Below are positions 17,824 to 26,997 of a stretch of 64,000 nt of DNA, one piece after another. Made by a program: the position numbers and the translations under genes. The notes beneath the pieces are model-generated. The model worked only from the letters and a program-made list of their open reading frames with translations, had not been told where the DNA came from and did no database searches. The stretch is from Candidatus Collierbacteria bacterium RIFOXYD2_FULL_45_13. Its GTDB lineage: Bacteria > Patescibacteriota > Microgenomatia > UBA1400 > MFAQ01. How positions within the stretch are numbered: position 1 is the first letter of the stretch; each line of letters starts with the position of its first letter. The DNA is taken from positions 897,252 to 961,251 of the forward strand of contig MFAS01000001.1 of the NCBI GenBank assembly GCA_001774685.1, read 5' to 3'.

Positions 17824-19788
17824 TTACTCCATTCTTTTTTTTGAAAATACAAATGAAAAAGACACGGTTAACACTGCCACCGAGAGTAAAAACAAAACAA
17901 TCATCAGACCGGACCGGCTAACATCCAAAATAGAAAAAATCGGTTGAGAAACTACTACTGTCCAGTTCAGATCTTTTGCCTTACCCGAACTAAACAAAGA
18001 ATATTTTCCGGCCGAGTCATACCCGATTTCCGCTCCCGTCGTTCTCGACCATAACAAATTCGTAGTATCGGACTCAGCCACCCTTTCTCCCACTACTCCT
18101 GTTTGGGGTACAAAGAGCCACCGGCCTCCGCCATCAATGAGTGTCACTTTTTGATCCAAAGAGCTCGTGGCGATTTCTTCCAACCGGTCGCCCATGGCGT
18201 TGAGGTTCACTGTAGCCACCATGGCTCCAATCACCAAGCCTTTTTCTGTAATTGGGGTCCCAATAATAATCGCCGTGTTGGAGACTCCTGCCAAGGGCTC
18301 AACCGTCCGGGAAAAATACTTATTTTCCGCACTCACCGATCGGAAAAATATTTCACTCATATAGTATCTGCCAACCACATCGGAGGAAAATGGATATGAA
18401 GAGATTGCCTTTCCGCTATTGTCCAGCACCAAAACTATTCCCAAGTCCGCGTTGCTTTTGAATATTGCCTTGGTAAAACTATCCATCCCGGCCGTGTCGC
18501 CTGCCTTAAAGGCCTTTTGAAAGAGAGGATTCTGAGCTATACCATCCAGGGCCGAAAAACCGGAATTGACCACGTTCTCGGCTGTCAATCTCCCAAAATC
18601 TGCTTTCTCGGCGAGATTCCGATTGGCGTCCTGCAAAAGAATCGACTGAACAATAGCGATTAAGATAATCACGAGCGAGAAAAACATCAAGACTGTACCA
18701 AACATCCTGAATACCATAGGCCGATCGGTCTGAAACTTCAATTTGAACAGTTCCCAAATCGGCTCTATCAGTCCGATCATCCCGGCAATCAAAATAAAAA
18801 ACGCTCTGTCCCAATAGTTGTTATTAGCGAAATACAGAGCCAAAAAGATCAGCAGTATCCCACAAAACGCCGAAAAGGTTTTGAGTACTTTCTTTTCCCA
18901 AAAAAAGCCATAAAGCGTAATCATAATTAAAGAAACTACCACCATCGTCCAGATCCACTTAAAACCGTCCAACATCAACAACAGTCCGCCCGAAATCTGT
19001 GAAAGTGACGGGTCTGCCGGGAAAAGCACAAAGATCAAGGCAGTACTGATGAGCAGACCTTGAATAAAGAGCATGTAGGCGGTCGAAGACTTAACCGCAA
19101 AGGCGGCCTCGATCAAAATCGTCACTGCAAAAAGCCCATAGATCATAAAACCGTCAATATCGCTCCCCTGAAGCAATATCCACGACAAACCAAGGTAAGT
19201 GACAAAGAGAACCACCCTGAAATAATTCGAGAGATTCCGATAACGAACGAACTCCTCTTGAATCATGTCCGCTATGATGAGACCCAGACCGGACAGCATC
19301 AGTGAAATTCTGATGGGTGTAAACCAGATAGAAAACCGACCAACGGTCAACGCATCCACTTGTTTGGTGTGCAGGTACATGGAAGCACCCAAAATAATCG
19401 AGCTCAAACTGATGAACCAATCAAACAATTTGGGAATAGTTACCCGCTCCTCAAACCATAATTTGATTACCGTCAGCGGTTTTTCACCCCCCAGCTCCTC
19501 CAGACTCTTTCCTGGTCGCGGTAAGGGCAAGATGACCGGGCCCGGCTCTGTCGGAGCTACTTCTTCTTTGACCTCCGCCACCATTTTCTCTACCATCTTT
19601 TTATCCTCCAACTTTTCTTTGGAGGCACCTGCGCCTAAAAACTTATCTATTTCCGACTGCGGGATTCTAAACTTTCCCTTGCCGATACGGACGGATTTGA
19701 TATCACCGTCCTTCAAAAATGAATAGATGCTGTTCATTGAATAACCCAGCAGCTTCGAGGCTTCTTTGACCGAGTAAGTTTTTTCCAT
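17824..19788 (-). CDS. membrane-embedded one-component regulator: N-terminal excisionase/MerR-type HTH, about 9 TM helices, extracytoplasmic Cache-like sensor domain, C-terminal TM
   Basis: N-terminus SVKEASKLLGYSMNSIYSFLKDGDIKSVRIGKGKFRIPQSEIDKFL (HTH_17-like). Long hydrophobic core, then an approximately 230-aa soluble domain and a final TM. Stop codon lies 18 nt upstream of the giant gene. Confidence 0.65.
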   Translation of the reverse strand: MEKTYSVKEASKLLGYSMNSIYSFLKDGDIKSVRIGKGKFRIPQSEIDKFLGAGASKEKLEDKKMVEKMVAEVKEEVAPTEPGPVILPLPRPGKSLEELGGEKPLTVIKLWFEERVTIPKLFDWFISLSSIILGASMYLHTKQVDALTVGRFSIWFTPIRISLMLSGLGLIIADMIQEEFVRYRNLSNYFRVVLFVTYLGLSWILLQGSDIDGFMIYGLFAVTILIEAAFAVKSSTAYMLFIQGLLISTALIFVLFPADPSLSQISGGLLLMLDGFKWIWTMVVVSLIMITLYGFFWEKKVLKTFSAFCGILLIFLALYFANNNYWDRAFFILIAGMIGLIEPIWELFKLKFQTDRPMVFRMFGTVLMFFSLVIILIAIVQSILLQDANRNLAEKADFGRLTAENVVNSGFSALDGIAQNPLFQKAFKAGDTAGMDSFTKAIFKSNADLGIVLVLDNSGKAISSYPFSSDVVGRYYMSEIFFRSVSAENKYFSRTVEPLAGVSNTAIIIGTPITEKGLVIGAMVATVNLNAMGDRLEEIATSSLDQKVTLIDGGGRWLFVPQTGVVGERVAESDTTNLLWSRTTGAEIGYDSAGKYSLFSSGKAKDLNWTVVVSQPIFSILDVSRSGLMIVLFLLSVAVLTVSFSFVFSKKRME

Positions 19789-19989
19789 TTTTTACAATAT
19801 GTAACAATAATTACAAGTATCTACAATTCACTGTATAGGAAAAACCAACCTATGTCAAACCTCAATCTGTGCGTAATGTTACATTCGTTTAACCAAAACA
19901 GTTTTTGATCTGACCACACACGCCTGCGTCCTCCTTTCGTGGTAAAATATCCTCTGTTATAGATCGTAACCAAAATAAATCAAAAGATT

Positions 19990-20163
19990 ATGGCAAAAAA
20001 AGGTCCCCGACAACACATGGGTTTGAAGTGCAGTAAATGCGGTCACTTCAACTACATCTCCGAGCGAAACAAAACAAACACTCCCGAGAAACTGACCATC
20101 AGTAAATATTGCCGCACTTGCAGAGATCATACCGACCACAAAGAGGCTAGTAAGCTGAAGTAA
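19990..20163 (+). CDS. rpmG: 50S ribosomal protein L33
   Basis: 57 aa, MAKKGPRQHMGLKCSKCGHFNYISERNKTNTPEKLTISKYCRTCRDHTDHKEASKLK. Shows the L33 zinc-ribbon signature. Below the 60-aa threshold of the ORF track. Confidence 0.9.
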   Translation: MAKKGPRQHMGLKCSKCGHFNYISERNKTNTPEKLTISKYCRTCRDHTDHKEASKLK

Positions 20164-20247
20164 AACCTTTCCAAACCAAAATGAGGCATCCGATGGTTGG
20201 TCGTGATACAATATAGGTTAACTATACTTTGACTTTTGGAGGCCCAA

Positions 20248-20589
20248 ATGCAAGTCGATCCTATCAGCAGTTTGTATATGGTCAGACATGAGGCTGACCA
20301 CCTCATCAAGCCCGAACAACAAACCCCAGCCGCTGCAGAGAAGTGCCTAGGCTTTCTCCGGGTTTGCACCCACGACGCCGACGCGTCTATCCTCTTTCTC
20401 GGCAACCTCTTTCGCGTACCAGGCCAGTTTGACTTCTTCCGAATGGTCCCCCAACCGGAACACCCTGACAGCGGAGTTGGCTCCACCTTTATTATCGGCG
20501 GAGACGCCGAGTTCATCCGGAACTGTCGTTTTCTGCAAACCGGAGGTCTTACGATCCACATTGAGACCGACAATCATATTTTTGACTAA
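20248..20589 (+). CDS. hypothetical protein, paralog A of a pair co-transcribed with rpmG
   Basis: SD GGAGG. Shares the pattern T.D.AD.SI.F...L...PG..F.....D.GxGS.FI.GGDA.FI with 20617..20922. Confidence 0.55.
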   Translation: MQVDPISSLYMVRHEADHLIKPEQQTPAAAEKCLGFLRVCTHDADASILFLGNLFRVPGQFDFFRMVPQPEHPDSGVGSTFIIGGDAEFIRNCRFLQTGGLTIHIETDNHIFD

Positions 20590-20616
20590 GCCAGAGCCAC
20601 AACTAAGGAGACTGAG

Positions 20617-20922
20617 ATGCAACAAACTCAAGGCCAAGTTCGCACGGTCGTGGCCAACCTTATTGGAGTCACCCGTTCATCGTATGCGGACAAAATGAAT
20701 TGTGAAGACGCCATCCTCCGCATCACCACGGACCGAGCGGACGTCTCTATCGCATTTATCGAACAACTGGCAAAATTACCTGGAAAACTTATCTACTTCC
20801 AGGCCTATGGTACAGACGGGTACGGGAACGAAGGTTCTGTCTTTGTGGCCGGAGGCGACGCCTCCTTCATTGGCTCCATCAGCAACCTCGCCGGCCCGGG
20901 AGTCCACGTCGACCCATACTAG
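20617..20922 (+). CDS. hypothetical protein, paralog B
   Basis: SD AAGGAG; followed by terminator 20930..20955. Confidence 0.55.
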   Translation: MQQTQGQVRTVVANLIGVTRSSYADKMNCEDAILRITTDRADVSIAFIEQLAKLPGKLIYFQAYGTDGYGNEGSVFVAGGDASFIGSISNLAGPGVHVDPY

Positions 20923-20929
20923 CTCAATA

Positions 20930-20955
20930 CCCCGTCTATCCAGACGGGGTTTTTA
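20930..20955. terminator. bidirectional rho-independent terminator
   Basis: ccccgtctatccagacgggg followed by TTTTT; convergent genes on both sides. Confidence 0.6.
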
Positions 20956-21597
20956 TATCTCTACCATCCCAAACTTTGCAGGCTTCTGGTCACCTTTTTT
21001 CGCCACAACAAATATTAGTCGTTTCTCCAATACATAAATCTTTTTCCCCCTGGCGTCTTTGCCAATCCGGTCATCCCACCACCGCTCCTCGAACTCCCAC
21101 AAGGCCACAAAACGGTCTTTGCCGGCGTAATGGCCATAAGGATCGGCAAACCTCAAATACCCCTTTTTCTTATTGACCTCCAAAGCCACACAATAATGCC
21201 CCTGTTCCCCTTTAATCTCAGGAACGCCGGTAATCTTGTTCCAAAAATCACTCCATTTATTAACCGCGTCATCTCCATACTCATCCGAGTTAAAGATCCC
21301 CTGCCAATCCACGCCCACAATGTAACCAGCCTCCAACAGCTTATGAATGTCCTCCACGGAGGAGTCTTCTTTTTGCCACACCATCAACTCCGGATAGATC
21401 TTTCTTAACCCTTTTGCCAGATCGACCAAGGGGAGGCCCAGTCTTTGGACTGTATCTCTGGCTTTACACGCGTCCACAATAGCCTCCTGATCCAAGCTCA
21501 ACCCGAGGCTGGAAACCAGCATCTGCATCACCGCGGGACCACAGTAGGACCCCGTCTCTTGCCTAGCACGAGATAATGTAATATTCGACTTCATCAA
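20953..21597 (-). CDS. papain-fold C39-like cysteine peptidase (putative)
   Basis: N-terminal GSYCGPAVMQMLVSSLGL (Cys in a C39-like context) and a downstream His in HYCVALEV. Confidence 0.45.
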   Translation of the reverse strand: MMKSNITLSRARQETGSYCGPAVMQMLVSSLGLSLDQEAIVDACKARDTVQRLGLPLVDLAKGLRKIYPELMVWQKEDSSVEDIHKLLEAGYIVGVDWQGIFNSDEYGDDAVNKWSDFWNKITGVPEIKGEQGHYCVALEVNKKKGYLRFADPYGHYAGKDRFVALWEFEERWWDDRIGKDARGKKIYVLEKRLIFVVAKKGDQKPAKFGMVEI

Positions 21598-21651
21598 GCT
21601 ATTCTATCATCGAGATCCCAAAACCTGACATCCGAGATCTGAAACCATGTC

Positions 21652-22890
21652 TTACCCCAGTTGTCTAGCGTATTTGCTCAACAGAGCTGCCAGTACTTCG
21701 TCGAAGCTCACTCCATGCATGGCCAAAACCTCAGTCATGGGCAGACCCATATCCGGGCCAAAGGCGGTATTTGGATTTGAGTCGGTAAAGTAGGGAATAT
21801 TTGTGTCATCGTCAACGCGAACATCAAACTTGGCATAGTCCTTGTGCTGCAAACCTGTAAATGCCCGTACAGCTAGCTGTTGAATTTTGGTTGCCAAAGG
21901 CTCCTCCACGTGTTTATAGGTATATGCCCGCTCGTCGTCGTAAGACTCAAAGCTAGTAAAGAAATGTTTACCATCCGGCTTCTTTCGAAACACCTTTTGC
22001 CCCATGTACACTCTCTTTTTGGTACCATCATCAAAGACTACTACTGTAACCTCCGGCCCATCAATAAACTGTTCCACTATTACCGGGATTTTATAGGTAG
22101 AGATCATGTTGTTTACCTTCCTCTGAGCGTCCTTAATGGTCTCCTTCACCGCCTTGTTGTCAATTCCCACACTTCCCCCGCTCTCGTTCAGCTTAACAAT
22201 CAAAGGTAAGCCAAGATCTTCATTGACTGCCGTCCCCGCCCGGCGAATAAACTGGAAGGCCGGTGTCGGAATCCCATAGGCCATCAAAAGTCTCTTGGTC
22301 AGGTTACGGTTGTTGCCAATCACCAAGCCTTCCATGCCCGCTCCTGTATACAAAACATTGGAAAGCTCCAAAGCGGCCGGCACAGACGTCTGCAATTTAT
22401 CTTTACCTCTCAAGGTGTCAACCAAGTTGATCACCACATCCGGCTTGTCTACCAAAAGATTCGTCAAAAAGTACTGGTCTCCGGTCAGGGCTTTGACAGG
22501 AATCCCTAGCGACTTCACTCTTTCCACCACCTCGGCGGCCCTCTCCTCGACTTCGACCTCCGCCTCGTATGAATCTTTTGTCGGGAAGAAATCTCTTTCT
22601 ACGTGAGAATAGGCCACAATTACCAAATTTAAGTTCTTCAAAGCCGCCTTATCGATCCTCACCTTTATGTTTTTTCGAATTTTTGGAACCCGTACGGTGG
22701 GAACAGCAGTCTCCGTTTTTATGTCTTTTCCCGTCACAGAAGCTTCTCCGGCCACGGTTTTAACTTCCATTTGATCTGTCTTAGACTCATCGGTCTTTGT
22801 TTCTTCACCAAAATCCTTCTTCTTTTTTAGTCCAAGCAGTTCTTTTATTCCCATACATTCAGAATAGCACTCTCTTGCCCTCTTGGACAA
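21652..22890 (-). CDS. ATP-grasp enzyme, D-alanine--D-alanine ligase family, with about 100-aa charged N-terminal extension
   Basis: LPLIVKLNESGGSVGI plus the Ddl-like central and C-terminal segments (EQFIDGPEVTVVVF). Confidence 0.6.
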   Translation of the reverse strand: MSKRARECYSECMGIKELLGLKKKKDFGEETKTDESKTDQMEVKTVAGEASVTGKDIKTETAVPTVRVPKIRKNIKVRIDKAALKNLNLVIVAYSHVERDFFPTKDSYEAEVEVEERAAEVVERVKSLGIPVKALTGDQYFLTNLLVDKPDVVINLVDTLRGKDKLQTSVPAALELSNVLYTGAGMEGLVIGNNRNLTKRLLMAYGIPTPAFQFIRRAGTAVNEDLGLPLIVKLNESGGSVGIDNKAVKETIKDAQRKVNNMISTYKIPVIVEQFIDGPEVTVVVFDDGTKKRVYMGQKVFRKKPDGKHFFTSFESYDDERAYTYKHVEEPLATKIQQLAVRAFTGLQHKDYAKFDVRVDDDTNIPYFTDSNPNTAFGPDMGLPMTEVLAMHGVSFDEVLAALLSKYARQLG

Positions 22891-23007
22891 TAGCTAATTT
22901 AAAGGCACCGTGCCCGCGCTACCTTCGTGTATTATTGACACTTTGATTAAGATAAGCTATAATGCCTTGCACGTTGATTTTCTATTCCCCTCTCCCAAAG
23001 GAGTTAA

Positions 23008-23524
23008 TATGACCGTCACTCTGATTTCCCCACCCGATGAGGACCTGCTCCCTGTCATTTGTACCTGTCAAGGCCACAAATGCAAACAGGGCCATCAAGT
23101 CACTGAGATTTCCGATTTCACAGTCAAGACTCTATACGGTGCCGACCGTGAATCCCCAACCGGTTCAGAAGAGATTGTGATCACTTGCCAAATCTGTGGC
23201 GACTATGCTTTCCCTCCGGAAAAGAAAAGGCAAGCTCTCATCAAGGCTTACAAGGTATGGCAGAAAACCGGTCAAGCTTCTAAATCCACCCAATGGTCTC
23301 TGAGTTTCACTTGTCCCGAATGTAACCGAACCTCTGAGATCACCCGTCGCAATCTGACCCCGGGAACCACCGCGGACAGTGCCAACTACGGTGGAGATCA
23401 TCCAAGTTACGAGGTCAAAATCGTCTGTCCTGTCTGTGAATCCAGAATCAAGGCGCGCGGTAAAATCCCCTCAGGTATTGAGATGCGAGTAATCGCCGAT
23501 TTCCACAATGCCACCGCCGACTGA
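23008..23524 (+). CDS. cysteine-rich protein with four CxxC pairs (multi zinc ribbon), hypothetical
   Basis: SD AAAGGAG; CTCQGHKC, CQICGD, CPECNR, CPVCES; terminator 23532..23560. Confidence 0.55.
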
Positions 23525-23556
23525 TTATTCGATCCCGTCTTTCAGACGGGATTTTT

Positions 23557-24093
23557 TTATATCCTCGCCCAGTCCAAAGTCCAGACACCGTTCCCATACC
23601 TATCAAAGTCACGGGTCTTTACAAATCCGGCTTTTTCGATGGCGACAATCGAAGCGACGTTCCCCCTCTCAATCTCAGCCACGATCGTTACCACCAGCCC
23701 CATTTTTTCGCGAACAATCCTACATGTGTCCTGCAAGGCGGGTGTGATTAGACCGCCCGGAGCCCCCGGTCTTTTTGCATAGCTAACTTCCAATGCCCCA
23801 CGCACCAGCTCCGATGGATAGACATAAATGAATCCATGTACTCGTTGAATCTCGGGTCTTTCTGCGTCGGCACCGGCAATCGCCAGTAAGAAGTTGTTAC
23901 CCTCCCCCTTCTCATTCATCCACTTGCCATAGTGCTTGTGGCTCATATTTCGTACACTAGTCATCCACGACTGCACTCCCGGGCTCTGAACTATTTCCCG
24001 CAAGTCTCTCAAATCAAAAAAAGAGTTCGAGTCAAAAAATCTGACCTCATAAGTCTGTCCATCTTTATCAAACGTTTTTCCCTCTGGAACCAT
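23557..24093 (-). CDS. GNAT-family N-acetyltransferase (putative)
   Basis: GNAT-like motif-A region in LEVSYAKRPGAPGGLITPAL; 178 aa. Confidence 0.45.
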   Translation of the reverse strand: MVPEGKTFDKDGQTYEVRFFDSNSFFDLRDLREIVQSPGVQSWMTSVRNMSHKHYGKWMNEKGEGNNFLLAIAGADAERPEIQRVHGFIYVYPSELVRGALEVSYAKRPGAPGGLITPALQDTCRIVREKMGLVVTIVAEIERGNVASIVAIEKAGFVKTRDFDRYGNGVWTLDWARI

Positions 24094-24189
24094 AATTAAC
24101 TATACCAATTATCAAAGCATTTTGGATACCCACCCCGTCCCCGTTCACGCTCCATTTGAGGCTAACCAGCCTCAACATCAAACTACCAC

Positions 24190-24218
24190 TTGACATTATG
24201 GGGTAGTTATGATAATAT
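24190..24218 (+). promoter_or_regulatory. sigma70-like promoter TTGACA-17-TAATAT
   Basis: Consensus -35 box, 17-nt spacer and near-consensus -10 box, 55 nt upstream of the 24274 gene. Confidence 0.4.
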
Positions 24219-24273
24219 ATACCAGTCTCAAGACACGTAAACCCTAATTCTGCTCTACATCCAGGAGGATGAC

Positions 24274-24585
24274 ATGTCTGACGGTAAGCACATTACCAGC
24301 ACGACCGATCGCAAGCCCACCACAATCAACAGCGACCTGACCATCTCGGTCCGCCCGTTCAACGCCGGACCCAAGAGCCGCAAGGGAACCAGCATGGCCA
24401 CCTTGCAGATCGTCGGCGGCCGCGGCCACTTCACCCGCCACCTGCGCAACACCGCAGGTAAATGGATGGGCACCTTGCCCGAAGTCAAGCGCTGCAATCC
24501 CGAAATCGCGGGAAAGGTGCTCGAACTCCGGGCCAAGAACCCCCGCACCATCGTCCTCTGCACCTACGTGGTTGCAGAAGACTGA
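24274..24585 (+). CDS. hypothetical protein encoded by a high-GC (about 60%) gene
   Basis: SD AGGAGG; terminator 24607..24636; composition and codon usage differ from their surroundings. All overlapping ORFs (24244..24663-, 24255..24563-, 24462..24665+) are GC-driven artefacts. Confidence 0.6.
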   Translation: MSDGKHITSTTDRKPTTINSDLTISVRPFNAGPKSRKGTSMATLQIVGGRGHFTRHLRNTAGKWMGTLPEVKRCNPEIAGKVLELRAKNPRTIVLCTYVVAED

Positions 24586-24668
24586 CACAACCCCCAAGTA
24601 AAAAGGAAAACCCCTCTTACTGGGGGTTTTTCTTTGTTTACTTTTATGTCTTTTCTGTATCATGAATT

Positions 24669-24962
24669 ATGACTCAGAACGATCTTTCTCAAATCAGAGC
24701 CGTTTTCAAAGAAGAAATCCAACAAGAGGTCAAGAAGGTTGTCGAAGACGTTCTCGAAGAAAAGCTTGAGGACAAGTTAAAACCTATCAAAACCCAGCTC
24801 GAATCGGTAGAAACTCGGGTCAAATCAGTGGAAATTCAGGTCAAGTCGATGGACAAAAAAATCAACAAGCTCCAAAGGGGTCAAAATATAATTCTGAAAT
24901 ATGTCGACGACCAAGATACTCGTATAGAAAAAACGCGTCAGCCGTATCGAAAACCATCTTAA
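24669..24962 (+). CDS. coiled-coil protein, hypothetical
   Basis: 97 aa, with a heptad-like charged pattern. Confidence 0.5.
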   Translation: MTQNDLSQIRAVFKEEIQQEVKKVVEDVLEEKLEDKLKPIKTQLESVETRVKSVEIQVKSMDKKINKLQRGQNIILKYVDDQDTRIEKTRQPYRKPS

Positions 24963-25064
24963 CCTTCCGTCATTGCGAGCCTTGTAGACAAGGCGTGGCA
25001 ACCTCCCTCCACCAATATTTCTGCTAAAATTACCTTGCTTGGGTCCCTGTCAAAGCGAAGCTAA

Positions 25065-25138
25065 AGGGGTGTAGTTCAACGGTAGAATCCGGGTCTCCAA
25101 AACCTGTGACGAAGGTCCGACACCTTCCACCCCTGCCA
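25065..25138 (+). tRNA. tRNA-Trp (anticodon CCA), 3' CCA encoded
   Basis: Acceptor AGGGGTG/CACCCCT; anticodon stem CGGGT/ACCTG with loop CTCCAAA; T arm GAAGG-TCCGACA-CCTTC; discriminator G followed by CCA. Confidence 0.85.
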
Positions 25139-25145
25139 CTTAACT

Positions 25146-25433
25146 CTACCCTCCCCCTCTCCGTTGTGACAATTTCTCATATCCTCTTGGTGCACAGTCG
25201 GAGCAGGTTAAAGCCACAAAGTTCTGACCCATATGATCCCTGGTATGTTGAATATACTTAGCACCCTTCCCGCAGAAATCACACAACAATGAACTTTCTC
25301 CACTACACGTTATTTCGTAAACAATTTCGCTGTGCCCCATCTCGGTCACCGCATCAATGTAGCGCAACTTTTCCTGAGACAGAATCTTACTCGTATCGTA
25401 TGAATTCAATATTTCTCTTGGCATATATCTCAC
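25146..25433 (-). CDS. small cysteine-containing protein, hypothetical
   Basis: SD AGGGGGTGAG; CSGESSLLCDFC...CSDC. Confidence 0.4.
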   Translation of the reverse strand: MRYMPREILNSYDTSKILSQEKLRYIDAVTEMGHSEIVYEITCSGESSLLCDFCGKGAKYIQHTRDHMGQNFVALTCSDCAPRGYEKLSQRRGGG

Positions 25434-25443
25434 CCCCTTTCGA

Positions 25444-25475
25444 CAACAAAAAAGCCTTTCGCAAAGAAAGGCTTT
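25444..25475. terminator. bidirectional terminator aaagcctttcgcaaagaaaggcttt
   Basis: Perfect hairpin flanked by an A-run and a T-run. Confidence 0.6.
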
Positions 25476-25503
25476 TTTACTTATCTACGATTGGTTTATT
25501 TGT

Positions 25504-26913
25504 CTACGTTTTTCCTTTCTTTGCTTTTGTCTTTTTCTTCCAGAGAATTGAGCTATAACGAACTGAGGTGGTATGTCCCAAAAACTCTTGACTAAAATCT
25601 AAGGCTTTCATAGCCAGATCGACGTCGAAGTTTTCGTTGGCACCGTGCATATTACAATCCTCATTACAAAGAGGAATCATCAGAGTATCGACTCCCAAAA
25701 TTTTCTTCACCTCTCCCACAAAAGGAATCGCTCCTCCAACATTTTTCCGGTTCACCTTGCTGCCATAAATTTTCTTCAAAAGCTTTTCAACCGCATCAAA
25801 GTATTGGTTTTCTGTATCAATCTTCACCGGGTCATGTAGGCCGCTAAACTTCAACTCGTACTCAACAAACTTGGGCGTTACCTTCTTCACAAACTTTTCA
25901 AAACTTTTGGCTATGGCTTCTGCTTTTTGGGAAGCTACGATTCTAAAATTCAGCCTTACCTCTGCCTCTGCCGGCACGATATTGGCATATCCGTGATCCG
26001 TGTAGCCGACTTTCAAACCCGTAATTTGAATTGTCGGTCTCAAACCGGTTTGGGTATAAAAATCGACTCCTTTTTCACCCAAGAGTATTTTGACACCAGC
26101 CAACTCAGTGAGATCGTTTGCCTCCCTGATCAGTCTCTTATTGTTTAAAAGCTGGGGTTTGGAAATAATATCCGCTCTTCTATAAAACTCGGCGTATTTA
26201 ATAGAGTTGTCTGCATTAAAAACTTTCGCCAGAAACTTGATCATCTCGGCTCCGGCATTTGGTACACCTCCGCCGAAGATACCCGAGTGAAGATTGTTTC
26301 TTCCCGTTTTATAAACCAAGGTACTGTTAAAACCACCTCTCAGCGACACCTCAATGGTTGGTTTGTTGTTGGTCAATTCACCATCGGAAACCACCAATAC
26401 GTTGCAGGCCAACTTAGCTTTATTTTGTTTCATGAGGTCTGCCAAATCATCGTTGCCGGTCTCCTCGTTGCCCTCAATCAGAAACTTCAAATTGTGACCA
26501 AGCTTCCCCTCTTTGATCAGTTCACTAGCCGTGAAAACGTGGGCCAAGATCTGGCCTTTGTTGTCTACCACTCCCCGTCCAAAAAGTTTATTGTTTGCTT
26601 GAATAAGATCAAATGGTTCATTTTTCCAACCGTCCTTCTTGGCCGCCGGCTGAACATCGTAGTGCCCGTAAATCATGACTGTGTCCAGATCGTCTGACAC
26701 ATGGTAACTGGCAAACACCACCGGATTAGTCGTCTTTCCGTTCCAAACTTCCACTTCGAATTCCGCCTTCTCCAGTTTCTTTTTCAACCAAGCCACTGTT
26801 TTCCTGATCTCTGGTTGATATTTCGGATCCGTTGAAACACTTTTCAGCTTTACGAACTCGGCTAATAACTTCTTGTACTCCTCAAATTTGTTGGTCATAT
26901 GTTTAATAAACAA
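25504..26913 (-). CDS. M20-family metallopeptidase (dipeptidase, ArgE/DapE/CPG2-like)
   Basis: IYGHYDVQPA and GRGVVDNKGQ metal-binding motifs; 469 aa. Confidence 0.85.
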   Translation of the reverse strand: MFIKHMTNKFEEYKKLLAEFVKLKSVSTDPKYQPEIRKTVAWLKKKLEKAEFEVEVWNGKTTNPVVFASYHVSDDLDTVMIYGHYDVQPAAKKDGWKNEPFDLIQANNKLFGRGVVDNKGQILAHVFTASELIKEGKLGHNLKFLIEGNEETGNDDLADLMKQNKAKLACNVLVVSDGELTNNKPTIEVSLRGGFNSTLVYKTGRNNLHSGIFGGGVPNAGAEMIKFLAKVFNADNSIKYAEFYRRADIISKPQLLNNKRLIREANDLTELAGVKILLGEKGVDFYTQTGLRPTIQITGLKVGYTDHGYANIVPAEAEVRLNFRIVASQKAEAIAKSFEKFVKKVTPKFVEYELKFSGLHDPVKIDTENQYFDAVEKLLKKIYGSKVNRKNVGGAIPFVGEVKKILGVDTLMIPLCNEDCNMHGANENFDVDLAMKALDFSQEFLGHTTSVRYSSILWKKKTKAKKGKT

Positions 26914-26997
26914 AAAACTCTCCTTTTGAGGTGAGAGTTGTAACTTCTAATTACGATATTATCTCTCACCACATCAATCCATACCCCAAAAGGAGCG

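Noticed and set aside
20127-20637. Minus-strand ORFs (148 aa and 96 aa) antisense to the rpmG-linked paralogs
   Set aside because: The plus-strand genes have SDs and a shared terminator, and form a paralog pair. The minus ORFs lack RBSs and encode Arg/Ser-rich low-complexity products.
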